A DNA stretch of 64,000 nt from Chrysomallon squamiferum (GCA_012295275.1 CM022678.1:15748001-15812000), one strand, 5' to 3'; counted from the first letter of the stretch, positions 28,574-42,478 are shown. Notes: a model not told the origin generated them from the letters alone. Numbers and translations: made by a program.

Positions 28574-30051
28574 GATTTAGAGACAAAGTGTTTATATTGA
28601 ACAGTGCGAACTGTTAGCCCAAATGCACTTAATGCAATAACAGTTTACATACATTAAGTAAAATATTTTTAAAAAAATAAATAAAAAGTAAAAAAAAAAA
28701 GAGAAAAAAATTAAAATGAAAGAAAGGAAAAAAACAACAACACTATATACTGTTTACATGTTGTTGTTTTTTTTACCAGCATTTAAACATCCATAATTCA
28801 TTATTTTATTGTTACCAAATAACTGATATTTTATCGCTAAAAAAAAAAGAAAAAAAAAAAAAGAAGAATTAATTAATTCGTTTCAAACATTGCATTTACG
28901 CAAGTATCTTCAGGGCATATATATACATGCACGTATTTACACACACGCAAACATGCACAAACACACACAGATACACGCATATACAGACACATTTTTAATC
29001 TACTGATAACTTGCTATGACAGTGATAAAATTCCTTGTTGTTTCAACAGAACAGACTGTAAAATTATTTATCAGTTCTGTTATCACTGGCTTTTAAAACA
29101 AATAAATTATAGATTTAATTATTATCCTTCCTTTTTAAATCATTTATTATGCTTAGTATATTTGAAAAATACTTTTTAATGTTTGTAACACATTTTTTAA
29201 ACAGATAAATAAAATAAATAAATAATTTAGACTAAACAACAGTATTTAGTAAAACCGAGAGCTTGGTATAATACTGTGATGTCAACATATCACGTATTGG
29301 AATTAACGAATAAATATCCTATGTAACTTAACTTACAAGGTTATGAGTATTATGACGTTATATATAAGTCAGTATACTAAGTACAGACGTGAGATATATT
29401 CTGTATTACACGTGTAATTATTAACATCTTTAAAACAAAATAAAACACAGATTGGCTCGACTGATGAAAATGAGCGAAGCCATTTTGTTGTTGTTCGCCG
29501 TGACACGTTTACTCCTATTTTCTTCAACGAAAACAACAAAACAGTGTCTTATTCGCTTACACACACATTAAACATTAAAAACAACCTTTAAAATCATTTA
29601 GTGTGTTGTGGATGTTGTGATAGTTGTCGTCTGATGCCGTTTTGCGAATGTTTTGTTTATCGCTGTAAGGTAACACAAGAAGAAAATGGCGGGGCTGGTT
29701 TGATAGTTGTGTTTCTTTCAGCCGCGGTTTGTCGCTTTTTGCGAGACTGCAGATATATTTTCAGTTGAAATTTCAGTCAGAAGTGAAAAGACAGCAAACA
29801 CAGAGTGTAGAAAACCTTTAACTGTGCTGTGTAAATCAAACATTAATTTACAACAGACGTATTTAGTGCACCACTGTGCTTATTATCTCGCAAATTTCGC
29901 CACAAATTCACTGTTTGTAATAAAACAAGATAACTTAAATATTTTATGTTTCGTACAGTTGTAGATATGTATCTGTTCTAAACGACTGTCAATTTAAAAT
30001 TAGGAGAAAATGTGTTAAAAACCGACAAAGAAGGCAATTTCGTAGGTAGGA

Positions 30052-30200
30052 AGCACAAAAACTAACACGACAGCTGAAAACTGCCTCGCGCGAGCGAATG
30101 TTTGTGGTCACTTCTGCGAAGTCCGCGCTTTATTTATAAATAGTGAGTCGAGTCGAGGCGAAGCGGCACTTGCTCAGTACACAAACGAGACAGTACGTTC
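30052..30200 (+). promoter_or_regulatory. H1 copy B proximal promoter
   Basis: TATAAATA at 30135-30142, preceded by AAGTCCGC (30119-30126, H4-box-like), a CGCGCG GC patch and an AAACTAACAC H1-box-like element. Confidence 0.7.
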
Positions 30201-30240
30201 GTCTGTTTTCGTGAGAGAAACGATTCAAAACAAAACGAAG

Positions 30241-30831
30241 ATGTCTGACGCTGCCGCAACCCCAGTGAAGACTCCCAAGAAGAAAACAACTAAGCCCAAA
30301 GTTCCTGCCAGTCACCCTAAATACAGCGAGATGATCAAGACGGCGATTGCAGCTTTGAAAGAGAGGGGAGGCTCGTCTCGCCAAGCCATTCTCAACTACA
30401 TCTTGAAAACTTACAAAGTGAGCGACCCGAAAACCGTGAACCAGCATCTGAAGATGTCGCTGCGAGCCGGGGTGAAAAACAACAGCTTGAAGCAGTCGAA
30501 GGGGACCGGCGCCTCTGGGTCGTTCAGACTGGGAGACGTGAAAACGCCCAAAGTGAAGAAACCAGCAGCGGCGAAAAAAGCGACGAAGCCCAAGGCAGCC
30601 AAACCGAAGACGGTGAAGAAAGCGAAATCTCCCAAGAAAGTGAAGGCGGAGAAACCCAAGAAACCAACGAAACCAACGAAGAAAGCGTCGCCGAAGAAGG
30701 CAGAGAAACCAAAAGCTAAAAAGGCAGCTAAACCCAAATCACCCAAAGCAGTGAAAGCCAAAACGACGAAGACGGTGAAGCCCAAGAAAGTGAAGAAGGC
30801 AAAAACACCAAAGAAGGCAGCAAAGAAGTAG
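30241..30831 (+). CDS. H1: Histone H1, copy B (196 aa), nested in an intron of the MFS transporter gene
   Basis: ATG at 30241, TAG at 30829-30831. Nearly identical to copy A: by eye two amino-acid differences (YSDM/YSEM, VKPK/VKAK) and two synonymous ones. Confidence 0.97.
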   Translation: MSDAAATPVKTPKKKTTKPKVPASHPKYSEMIKTAIAALKERGGSSRQAILNYILKTYKVSDPKTVNQHLKMSLRAGVKNNSLKQSKGTGASGSFRLGDVKTPKVKKPAAAKKATKPKAAKPKTVKKAKSPKKVKAEKPKKPTKPTKKASPKKAEKPKAKKAAKPKSPKAVKAKTTKTVKPKKVKKAKTPKKAAKK

Positions 30832-31369
30832 ATGTATGTATTGTACAGCGACTTTGTAAATATGTAAAAAAAACTATCATCTGTTCCATACTGTGTGTTT
30901 GTGATTGTAAGATCAACATGTGTTTTCACAGACTTTATGCAAGTATAAACTATTAAATGTTCTCGCAGACGTTATATTATACATGTGTATTAACTGTTAA
31001 TACTATGAAAACAAACATTATAAATGTGTATAAAATGTTGGCTGTTCACAAAGTGTGACATGTGAAGAACTTTGACATCAGCAAGTGTCTGTAAATATCT
31101 TTATAATCATCATCATCATCATCGCCATCATCAGATATGTGTTGTGACTTTCATTGAAGATTACAAAAACATTATCAAGAAGTTTGACTGATTTTTTTTG
31201 TTTGTTTGCCATTTGCTGATGCAGTTGGCGGAAGCTGATTTGTAAAACGTTTACATCAAAGAGAATTTCACGAACTTTTCCTGATGATTCTGCATCAGAT
31301 GTGACTGTCTACACTCTACTGGTATCATTTTTTGAAACATTTTCATCATCATCATCATCTTCATCGTTA

Positions 31370-31516
31370 TTATTATATTTTAAATCATGCATATTTCAGT
31401 GCTTCATTTTATTCATTGTATTTATTTTCACGCAGGGCGTGTTTCATTTCTCATTAAACTCCATTGTACATTTTATATCTTGTTGTGTTCTTTGTTTTTA
31501 CAATTTGTTTAATATA
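31370..31516 (+). terminator. Putative polyadenylation region of H1 copy B
   Basis: ATTAAA at 31453-31458, upstream TGTA, downstream GU/U-rich tract TGTTGTGTTCTTTGTTTTT (31481-31499). The block is almost identical in both arms although the neighbouring UTR has diverged. Confidence 0.65.
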
Positions 31517-32217
31517 AATTGATCATTTTCCCTTTTATTAATTCTATTGAGGATAAGTCTTTATAATCCTTTATAACATATTTTATTTGGAATGAAAAAC
31601 CGATACCAAGAAAAACTTCTTGAGTTTATTTAGAGAATATATTATTTGCAGCAAATATTTCAGTCTATTTTTTTTTTTTTTAAATTTATGAAAAGAAAAA
31701 GAATATTTTTATTATGCTTAAATTTCTGTCTTCTTTTCTATTTTCTTTTTCTTTTTTTTACTTGGACAACATTCAGGCAATTTAGCCTCTATTATGTTTA
31801 GTTTGATTTGTTTTATAATCCTGTACAACAATGTGTTTTTAAAAGGATTTCTCAGGAATCATAACTTAATGAGAAGTATTTGGGATATAACTCTTGAAGG
31901 AATAATTTAGACATTTTTAGAGTTATGTCCCTTGAATTAATAGGTCCTAATTTTATCATTAACCAAGCATGTGTAACTTGGGGAAGTTGTTATGAGACCT
32001 GGTGACAGTATAGTTGAGTTTTTTAATTCAAATGCTGACGAATAATATTTTTTTTTGTAAGTGTGTTTGTGTGTGTGTGTGTGTATATGCATGCGTTATA
32101 ATGATTATTTTATTTATTTTTAACTATTTTTTTTAATTTTTAATTTTTATTATTTTTATATATTTTATTATATACATATAAAAAAATAATAAAAATATAA
32201 AAAATAATAAAAATGTA

Positions 32218-32383
32218 TATATTGTGTCACAATATGGGCAAATAAATAATTTATTTACCAATTTATTTTATTTTATTTTATTTTATTTTTATTATTATTA
32301 TTTTGTTTATATTTTATTATATATATAAAATAAAACAAATTGGTAACAAAATTATTTATTTACCCATATTGTGACACAATATA
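32218..32383. repeat. Fold-back inverted repeat, 47-bp arms
   Basis: 32218-32264 matches the reverse complement of 32337-32383 with about three mismatches. Confidence 0.85.
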
Positions 32384-32639
32384 CAAATTTTGTCATAAAA
32401 GAGGAAAAAAATAAAGCTATTTTTTATTGTTTATTTTATTATGATTGTTTTATTTTTTTTTTTTTTTTTTGATTTTTTGCAGTAACAGATTTTGTTTTTT
32501 AAATTTTTAATTACTTATTTATTATTATAATTATTATTATTATTAAATTGCTATATATGTATAATTTAATATTGGAGTGCGCGCGCGCGTCCCCTTCGAC
32601 ACTGTATGGATTTAATATATTGTATGGAAAGGGGTGTTT

Positions 32640-32672
<33 letters not shown>

Positions 32673-33053
32673 GTATGTAGATGAAAGGCGGGTTTCTCGG
32701 TGAACGTTCGAGTATCACAGTCGCTTTAAACATCACGTTTAAACATGCGTACGAATCACACACCGCGGCGAGTAAAATGTTGATAGCATCCAAGTTTATT
32801 TTCTCGCTGGAGGTTAATTTTTATAGTTCATGTGGAAGGGAGATATGTTTTCTTTATGGTTGTTTTATCTGATCTTATGGAAAGCCTTAAAAATATATAT
32901 ATATATATTTTTTTGTTTTGTTTTTCTTTTCTTATCGTCGTCTTCTTCAAATTTTATTATTATTATGATTTATTTATTTATTTATTTTTTTTTTTTGGTA
33001 GTATATTTATTTATTTTTTTGTTTTGTTAGTGTATTTATTTATTTATTGATTG

Positions 33054-33099
<46 letters not shown>

Positions 33100-33245
33100 G
33101 ATTTTTTTATTGAATTTGTTTTTGTTAGTGTATTTATTTATTCATTCATTCATTTATTTATTCATTTATTATTATGATTTTTTTATTGATTTTTTTTGTT
33201 AGTGTATTCATTCATTCATTCATTCATTCATTTATTTATTTATTC

Positions 33246-33291
<46 letters not shown>

Positions 33292-33388
33292 GTGTCTGTT
33301 CGTCTGTAATGTTTATGTGGAGTCAGTACGCAGGGACGTAGGATACGAACAGTGTACACGAACACCCCGTACTCTGCCGAGATTTGTC

Positions 33389-33901
<513 letters not shown>

Positions 33902-34743
33902 ATGATGATGCCTGGGTATATTTTGTTAAAGACAGATGCACCGTGTGAGACTGGATCGCAGAGTCTGTCAGACGTGGGTTCAATGACTTAACCAACAACA
34001 TGTTAATTTAACGTGATGAATATTTATCAGATTTTTTAACTGGAAACAGCAGCTTGAGAAATTATTATTATTTCAGTCAACATTACTTTATTTATTTTAT
34101 TATATTTTTTTCTTATTTGTTTCTTCTTATTATTATTTATTTATTAATATATTATTTCTTTAATATTCTCTTTTAAAATTTATGTTTCCTTTTATTTATT
34201 TATTTATTTATTTTTTTGCTTACTTATTCCGCTGGTAATTTATTGATTTACTTCTTGTTGTTGTTATTATTATTACTGATTGAAACAATCATCATAAAAA
34301 TAACTACATGTATTGATATGTACTGGAACACTCACGCGACAGACAATAAATACCTGTAGTACTAAAGAAGACAGCTATAAAAACATGTCTACCACAAAAT
34401 TGTATCGATCTTTCTTCTATATCTGAAACAAAACTGAAATTCTTTTATGAAACAATGACAAAAGAAGCAATAAATCTAAAAAATAATAAAAATATGGTAC
34501 AAGCGAAAAGTAAGAAAAACAAATAATCAATAAATTTGTATCGATATCTGGGTTTATTTTTAAAATAATAATGATAAGAGAGAGAAAGAGATGTATCGAT
34601 AAGCGATTATAGAAGATACTGAAGTCAGTACTGGTTGTTTGTAAAAACATTTTAATATCTGTTCGCTAAAAAAAAAAAAACAATTTTAATTTATTTGTTT
34701 TTCTCTTTTGTTAGTGAAGTTTTGGCATGTCAGACAGACACGC

Positions 34744-34827
<84 letters not shown>

Positions 34828-35185
34828 ACAATATCCAAACGAAGTGTTAAACTTAAGCATCACCATGTTGTTCAGTATTCTGCATGATTTAATTATACCA
34901 CATATAAGTGTATTTATATTTATACACATTTAACAACATAATGTTTTAAATTATAATTTTAATTTTTTAAATTATTTTTTTATTCTTACATGATACATAA
35001 TTTATTCAGTTCTGTAATCTAACTCAGCACTTTAGTATTTTTATTACTATTATTAATATTTTTATATGTGACACATAATTTTTCACTCTTTATTTTAGCA
35101 TCCTGTTTACTAACATTAAAATTTAACCGTATATATATATACATTATATAATATAATTTTTAAAAACATTTTCTGTGTATTTCAG

Positions 35186-35471
35186 GGTTTAGTTAATGGC
35201 ATAGTCGGCCCTACCATTCCCGGCTTGCAGTCGCTTATATCATTCACAATGGATCAGATGACGTATATTTTCGTCATTCAAGGACTTGGTTTTATTATAG
35301 GTGTAGTGAGTGCGTTTCTTTTAGAAAAACAACTGAGCACCAGGTTAATCATGTCAGTGTCTCTTTTGACCGGATGTGCTGCAAGCGGTGCTCTGCCTTG
35401 GGTGAGAAACTACCCGTATGTAGCAGTGATGTTTTTCCTGCAGAGTCTAGCTAAAGGTTTAGTTGATTATG
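35186..35471 (+). CDS. MFSD4-like MFS transporter, coding exon 2
   Basis: Acceptor TGTGTATTTCAG ends at 35185. Encodes GLVNGIVGPTIPGLQ...SLAKGLVDY. Phase-1 donor G|GTACGT at 35472. Confidence 0.92.
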
Positions 35472-36029
35472 GTACGTCCATGTTTTTGTATTCAGATTGA
35501 AACGAAGGGGTATGCAAGGGTTTGGCGTTTGCCTTACATTTTAGTTACTAGCTTTTATCCAGTGTCTATACTGGTTTGGAGTTAGATACGTTTATTTAGC
35601 AAACCTGTAGTCTAAATGATGGCATGTTTATATATGTGTTTGTATAATACACATACATGTACACACATATATAAACATATAATTACAATATACTTTTGTA
35701 TGTTTCTACGAGTGACATAAAAAGAGAGATTATATTATTTATTCAGCACAGTTATTTCGTTGCTTATCTCTAAACGAAAATGGATACAAACTAATTTATT
35801 AATTTTTATTTACGTTATATTATCCCTATTTTTTATACCTACGTTACGTTACCCTTTTCCTTATCCCTACGTTACCTTATCCGTCTTTTCTTATACCTTC
35901 TTATCTTATCCATCTTTTCTTATATCTACGTTATCTACGTTATGTTACCCCTACGTTATCTTATTGCTATTTTCTTATATCTACGTTATGTTACCACTAC
36001 GTCATCTTATTTCTGTTTTATCTTTACAG

Positions 36030-36994
36030 CTGCTCTGTCGATTTGTAACCAGCTCTGGCCTAACAACAGAGGGATGGCTTTTCAGTTTGTTACGCTCGGA
36101 GCCGCCATTGGTGCTTTCGTCATACCGTTCGCTTCACGCCCGTTCTTAGCCACTTACGTTCTGACGTCACAGAGTCATGGAAAATGCACTACGGGTGTCG
36201 ACAGCCTGCGGAGGTTTTGTATTGTGCCAGGTCACGTAGAATATCCTTACGTCATCATGTCTGTCCTCTGTACTCCTCCAGCAGTAGCGTTTATGTACTA
36301 CTTCGTGAAAGGTCAAAGGTCATTGCCATTATTGCAGGACGATTACGAACGTATGCCGACAACGGTTATGACGTCATCTCCTCTCAAAGCTTTGATGACA
36401 GTTGTTCTGTTCCTGTTGCACCTGCCGGTGTTATCCATGCCACTGGCGTACGGCGATCTTCTTTCTTCGTACGGAATTCGCGGGAAGTGGCATCTCAGCA
36501 GACGTCATATGGCTACTATGACGTCAGTGTTTTGGGGAGCTTTCCTAGTGGGCAGAATTGTCAATCTGACTCTGACGAAATACGCGGATCAGTTTTATCT
36601 GCTGTGTTGCAATTTTTTCGGCCTCTTCATGACCGGCATCATTCTGTGTACGTGGACGTCGGATTATGAAATTGCATTGTGGGTAGGATCCGCAGGGCTC
36701 GGCGTCTTTTCGTCTCCATTTTTGCCGATGATACTGACGTGGGTGTCGGAGAACGCAGGTCTAGCCGGAAGTCTGATATCCGTCTGCCTGTGTGCTTCTG
36801 GTATTGGTGAGGTGGTGGTACCCTGGGTATCGGGCTGGGTGTTCGGGCATGGCGGACCCCAGGCGCTCATGTTTCTCGTGGCGGGAATGGTGGTGTTCGA
36901 AATCGTCATGTTTATTATTCTGGTTCTGGTTGTCAGGGCGAGCAGAAAGAAGAGAGCTGGCTTGCTGGACGATGACAACGTCAGCGATACGTGA
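36030..36994 (+). CDS. MFSD4-like MFS transporter (FucP/FHS-related, 'sodium-dependent glucose transporter 1-like'), last coding exon
   Basis: Acceptor TTTATCTTTACAG ends at 36029, phase 1. Many TM helices and the family-like motif MTSVFWGAFLVGR. The three exons sum to 1320 nt = 439 aa plus stop. Confidence 0.93.
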
Positions 36995-37187
36995 ACGAAC
37001 CGTGTTATTTTACACGGACGTCAGTACTTCGATACATACATCGATACCCGTTTTACTGTATTTCGTTCTTTCATTCTTTATTTATTTAGTTAATAATATT
37101 AGTATCTTTATTTATTTATTTATATAATATTTTTCTGTTTCAAGGTATGTTTCAATATGCACTTCCCAGAATGTGGATGATTGATGA

Positions 37188-37272
<85 letters not shown>

Positions 37273-37724
37273 ATCCTGTTTTGCCATTTGCCATATTACG
37301 AAACCCGACAATAGTTTGACGTCATCAGTAATTTTTTAGCGTTCTGGACTGTTACTACAGTAAAGCAAGAAGACATAAATTATATTATTTTTGTTCTTAT
37401 TATTATAACACCTAATTATAATCATCATCATCACTGTTGTTGTTTCTTCTTCATCTTATTGTTATTATTCTACATATATGTCTAATAAACATTAGTTACC
37501 CAGCGTACTGAACTAGCGATGAACATTTGTGTAATCTTCAATCAGTGTAATGAAAAAAAAAATAATAATAAAAAAAGTGAAATTAAAAAATAATTTATTA
37601 TGATTAAGTATTATTCAGTTTCTCGTATTTAAACAATATTTTGACATTACATAATGGCAGTCATACATTTCTCTGTGTGTGTGTGTGAGAGAGAGAGAGA
37701 GATATATATATATATATATATATC

Positions 37725-37819
<95 letters not shown>

Positions 37820-38342
37820 CTTGTAAGTATATTAGTGTCCGTATGTGAACGAGATTAACAAATCTAAAAAGAATCAAATAAAAAAATTGAACAGAAGATC
37901 AAGACGGATGCGAATCTGGATTAGTCATGTTATAATAAATGAGTCACGACTGCTAAATTTAAACTAGGAAGCTATTCTCGATTTTACCTGAATTAAACAT
38001 ACAGGATTGTATTCATGTGAAGAGTCAGTTATTTAAAGATAAACAAAACATAATGCTGGCGATCTCTCCAGGCGAAGCTTTGCATGTATTTAGATGACGA
38101 AAATCAGAAGAAAAAAAAAATAATGATAATAAAATGTTTAGTGATTATAAGAACACTTTCTTTTTACGCAGTGTCATTACGTTCATATTTCACACAACCT
38201 TTTGTTATAAAAATATTAACCGTCAGAAAATCCAAACACTTTTAGAATGCAAACCTCTTCATCACAAACATTCATCACAAATTTGCATATTTAATCGGTA
38301 TATAAATAAATAAATTAGGTTTGCTATAATTGTAAAATGGAA

Positions 38343-38906
38343 TCAGCGTTTGCTTCCTTTCGTTGGGAAGCACAGCAACGCTCGAGTTCTTGAATGAGAT
38401 CGGACACAAAACAAATTCTTCTGTTCGGGCGTCAGTCTCGACGTGTCGGCGCCATATTTGATTAACTTCTTCGCTGCTAGAGTGTTTTTCGCCTCCATTG
38501 CGTACTGAATGGGCGTGTGTCCGTCAGAATCCTTCCTGTTCACCTCGGCGCCATTTTGTAACAGAAGCACAATCAGCGCCACGTCACCGCGATGCGCCGC
38601 TAGGTGGAGCGGCGAGCAGTTGCCAGGGAGACTGTCGGGTCTTCCCATTTCCAGATTGGCGCTGACGCCCGCCTTGAGAGCGAGTTTCGTCAGCTTTTGC
38701 TCTCCGCGCAGGACGAAGGCGTGGAACAGCGTCCACTCGTCTGTACGTCTGGAGAACACTTCTCTGGCGAAGTTTCTGTCCGTCTTCACGAGGCATTTGG
38801 CGTACTCGACGAGGTGGTTCTCGCTGTGACGCAGATTCGCCATGAACAGCACAGCTTCCCTCTGCACGTTGTCCGAGTGCGTGAAGTTTAGCGAACACGC
38901 CACCAT
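38343..38906 (-). CDS. Small ankyrin-repeat protein (187 aa, about three repeats)
   Basis: Ankyrin motifs WTLFHAFV..., SPLHLAAHRGDVALIVLLLQNGAEVNRKDSDGHTPIQYA...LIKYGAD. Strong acceptor TTGTTGTGTATTTTCAG 25 nt upstream of the ATG (exon starts 38931). Confidence 0.93.
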   Translation of the reverse strand: MVACSLNFTHSDNVQREAVLFMANLRHSENHLVEYAKCLVKTDRNFAREVFSRRTDEWTLFHAFVLRGEQKLTKLALKAGVSANLEMGRPDSLPGNCSPLHLAAHRGDVALIVLLLQNGAEVNRKDSDGHTPIQYAMEAKNTLAAKKLIKYGADTSRLTPEQKNLFCVRSHSRTRALLCFPTKGSKR

Positions 38907-39746
38907 TGAGTCTGCGAGCTTGAACTCTTATCTGAAAATACACAACAAACACAAACATTGAACCGTCGTAACAAACAATGACAATGACAATGATAATGAT
39001 AATAATAATGATGACGATAATGATAATAATAATAGTAATAATAAAGATATTATTAATAATGATAAAACAACAACAGCAGCAGCAGCAGCAGAAGCAGCAA
39101 CAACAACAACAATTTCAGTATCAAATACAATATGAAAAGGCTACATTCTGACTATGAGGAATTTCTGTAGTGAATATGATGAAGCACTAAAGCTGGTCAC
39201 TGAGCACGCAATATGAGGGCAACATCCAATCTGAAGTCTGCAGACTTTCACCAATTCTCTAAGTGATTAAACATTAACTACCCGACACGTAGTATCAAAT
39301 TATCAAATATTGCGTATTGATTCCTATATCTCCGTCATATTATTAAGACATATAAGATAAACTTTATGTGAAGAGCGAGACAAATGACAAAGTGCTTAAC
39401 TTTCAATTGTAGGCTTTGTTGTTAAATGCACGTTCGTGTACGACGTGCACGTTCGCAGCATGCACAAGCGAATGAAAAGCAGTGTATTTCTCTATCTGAC
39501 GTTGTTGTAGCAGTAATAGCAGTGGTAATAATATTAACAGTAGTAGTCATTGTAATAGTACTAATAATTATTAATATATTGCATATTAGTAATAACGGTA
39601 GAAGTAGTAGTAATAGTAGTAGCATAGTTGTTGTTGTTGTAATAATCATAAGAAATTGATTGTGGAATTAACAAGAACAACAACATAAAAGAAATAATTG
39701 TTATCTCGTTTTCCTTCAAAGAAAAGTTAAAAAGAATATAAAGAAC

Positions 39747-39777
<31 letters not shown>

Positions 39778-40570
39778 AACGAGAAATCAAAGGAAATAAA
39801 TAATAAAGGTTTCTAACAACTCTACAGCTATAATTCATAGGTAACAAGAAAAGAGTCTCGATATCCTTAGCTTTCTTAAACGTCTTTAGACATCTTGTTA
39901 TTCTGCTTAGATAATTAAGGCTTCTTTCAAATGGACATCCGGTTATTTTCGTAAAATGGCCTACTTTGTTAGCAATGTCTTTTATCTACGCTGACTTCAC
40001 CGAGGTGAAACCAAATAAAATTTCTAATATTGTAATACCCCTGGCTGTCGCTTTTTCACAAATGAAAATATCTCTTGAATGTTACCGAGAGGAAAAAGAT
40101 CCTGATGTTCGACTTTTGTATTTAAAATTAATAACAGTGGGCACGGGTTATATAAAATGTAATTAACTAAATTTGAGTGTCTAAAAATAAATAAAAATGA
40201 GTATGTTTATATACGCGCGTTTGTGTGTTTGTGTGTGAATTTGTGAATGTGTGTGTGTGTGTGTGTGTGTGTGCGCGTGCAAAGGGAAGGAGGGTCGCTT
40301 TGATACAATATTCCAATTTTCTGATGATTTTATTTATTTTGCCTTCTCTTCATTATGTGAATTTCTTGGAGGTTATAGCTATTCATGGTCAAACATTAAT
40401 TTAAACATGCTCAAACATTAATTTAAACATACATAAAAACATACACACTCACGCACACACATACATGCACACACAAATATTATATAAAAACACACATACA
40501 TACATACATACATACAACGCAAGCAAACGCACAGACACATAAAAAACTGAAGCACACTTAGGTAAATACG

Positions 40571-40601
<31 letters not shown>

Positions 40602-41487
40602 ATCTATATCTATCTATCTATCTATATATATATATATATATATATATAGTGAGTACGTACGTACGTATATGTATAGGTGTATGTTTACGTGTATTTGTTC
40701 CATAAAAATAATTAGACTTAAATACATTATTTAAACGATGTTTTAACGTTACTTCTGTGTAATATAATGTTAAGTGTTATTAGGCAAAAATCATTAGATT
40801 TAGCATGACAATGAATTATTTAAATTAACAGGCACGTTTTTATTATTATGTTGACCTTGTGTTTGTAAAACAACAATAATAACAAACTGTTTTCCAAGTT
40901 TATTTTGACAAGCCATTCGTTATATAAATTTGTGAAAAATGGTAGGTTTGTATGCATCTTGCGTTCCTTATGACAAACCTGTTAATAAAGAATTTGAAAA
41001 TTAACATTACTTTTTATTATTATTATTAGTAGTAGTTTTTCAGGCTTTGTTACTATTTAATAATTAAAAATTGAAAAACTTTCTTTACTTTTTTTGTTTT
41101 ATACCTTATCGTACACACTCATCCAAACACACACTGAGACACACACACGTATCCACATACCCCCCCAACACAAATCTACACACATACAGACACAGGCATA
41201 CCCATATATACATATACACACAGCTTTTGAGTGGAGTGAAAACGATGGAGTACTTCATAACCTCCCCCAACCCACCCGGTGTTTCATAGCCTCTCTGTAA
41301 ACCGCGTTCAGTTACACACAGATGAAGATTTACAACAGCCGTACTCAGTTAACTATCAAACTCTGTCACTTGTGACAACGCGGAAGAACAGTTGAAAAAA
41401 GCCCTTTCTTTTGGAGATCACTTTTTCTCGTTAATATAGTTCACTTTTTAAAATATTTGTTTATTTTACTTATTTTTATTATATAAA

Positions 41488-41526
<39 letters not shown>

Positions 41527-42319
41527 TTGTAGTATTTGCTGTTCTTTTTAAAATATTTTTTCTTTTATTTGTTTTAATGTCTTTATTTATTCATTCATTC
41601 ATTCTTTCTTTCTTTTTTTTTTTAATAGATTTTATATATTTTGGATTTACTTATAGTTAGCTTTTATTACTTTTTTTCTACAAGTGCTTTACATAGAAAA
41701 CACATCATAGAAAACGGGAATAAAAATATGCATATACAAGTAAGTCGATTCTATTTAAAATGAAGTTCATACGTATTATGAAAGACTGTACTTTTGACTG
41801 AAGTGGATCACCGTAACTGGTAGAAGTATTTCAATACAAACCAGGAAGACTAAAAAACAACATAATGAGAAAATATGACAGTAGAGTGTGAATAATTAGC
41901 ATAATAATTATGACGTCACTTACTTCATTCTTTAATTGGTGGCTTTATGGATGACAGTGTGAAATAGGAAATTTCTGTTTGAATTGTTCCTTTGGTGAAA
42001 ATAAGATTCTGGAGATTTGTTTCATTTTGTTTTATTTACTTATTTATTTACTTATTTATTTATTTATTTAATTTATTTACTTTTTAATTTGTTTATAACA
42101 ATAATAATTAATAATAATTGTTTTACATAATACAAACATACAAGAGACTAAAGAATCTGAAGTTATTAATTTAAAATATGACACTTTGTTATTAAAAACC
42201 AAACATAAATATTGTTTTAGTCGATTAACATTAAAAGCGTTTATGTTATTTTTTAAAATTATTTTGTTTCCCCCTTTGTTTCTCTCCAACTCTCTTTTTA
42301 CTTCTAATATACGCCGAAT

Positions 42320-42478
42320 TTTAGGATAATTGCATACATTGCTTAGCTCCTTTCTCCTGAATTAGAAATAAATATTTAAAATAATTAATTATTTAATTAA
42401 TTAAATGGATGACTGAATGAACGAATTATTAATAACAACAACAATAACAACAACAACGAATAATAATAATAATAATAA

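Larger units (their letters stand above)
29240..31940. repeat. Right arm of inverted duplication containing H1 copy B
   Basis: Near-identical to the left arm over ~29370-30900 and 31370-31516; clearly diverged at 29240-29370 and 31870-31940. Confidence 0.9.

Noticed and set aside
32681-32872. Candidate first exon of the MFS gene
   Set aside because: Weak donor (GTTAAT) and no TM1-like sequence; 26732-26800 fits far better.
35942-36029. 5' part of the 350-aa ORF (MLPLRYLIAIF...)
   Set aside because: Intronic degenerate TTA(C/T)(C/G) repeat upstream of the acceptor at 36029.
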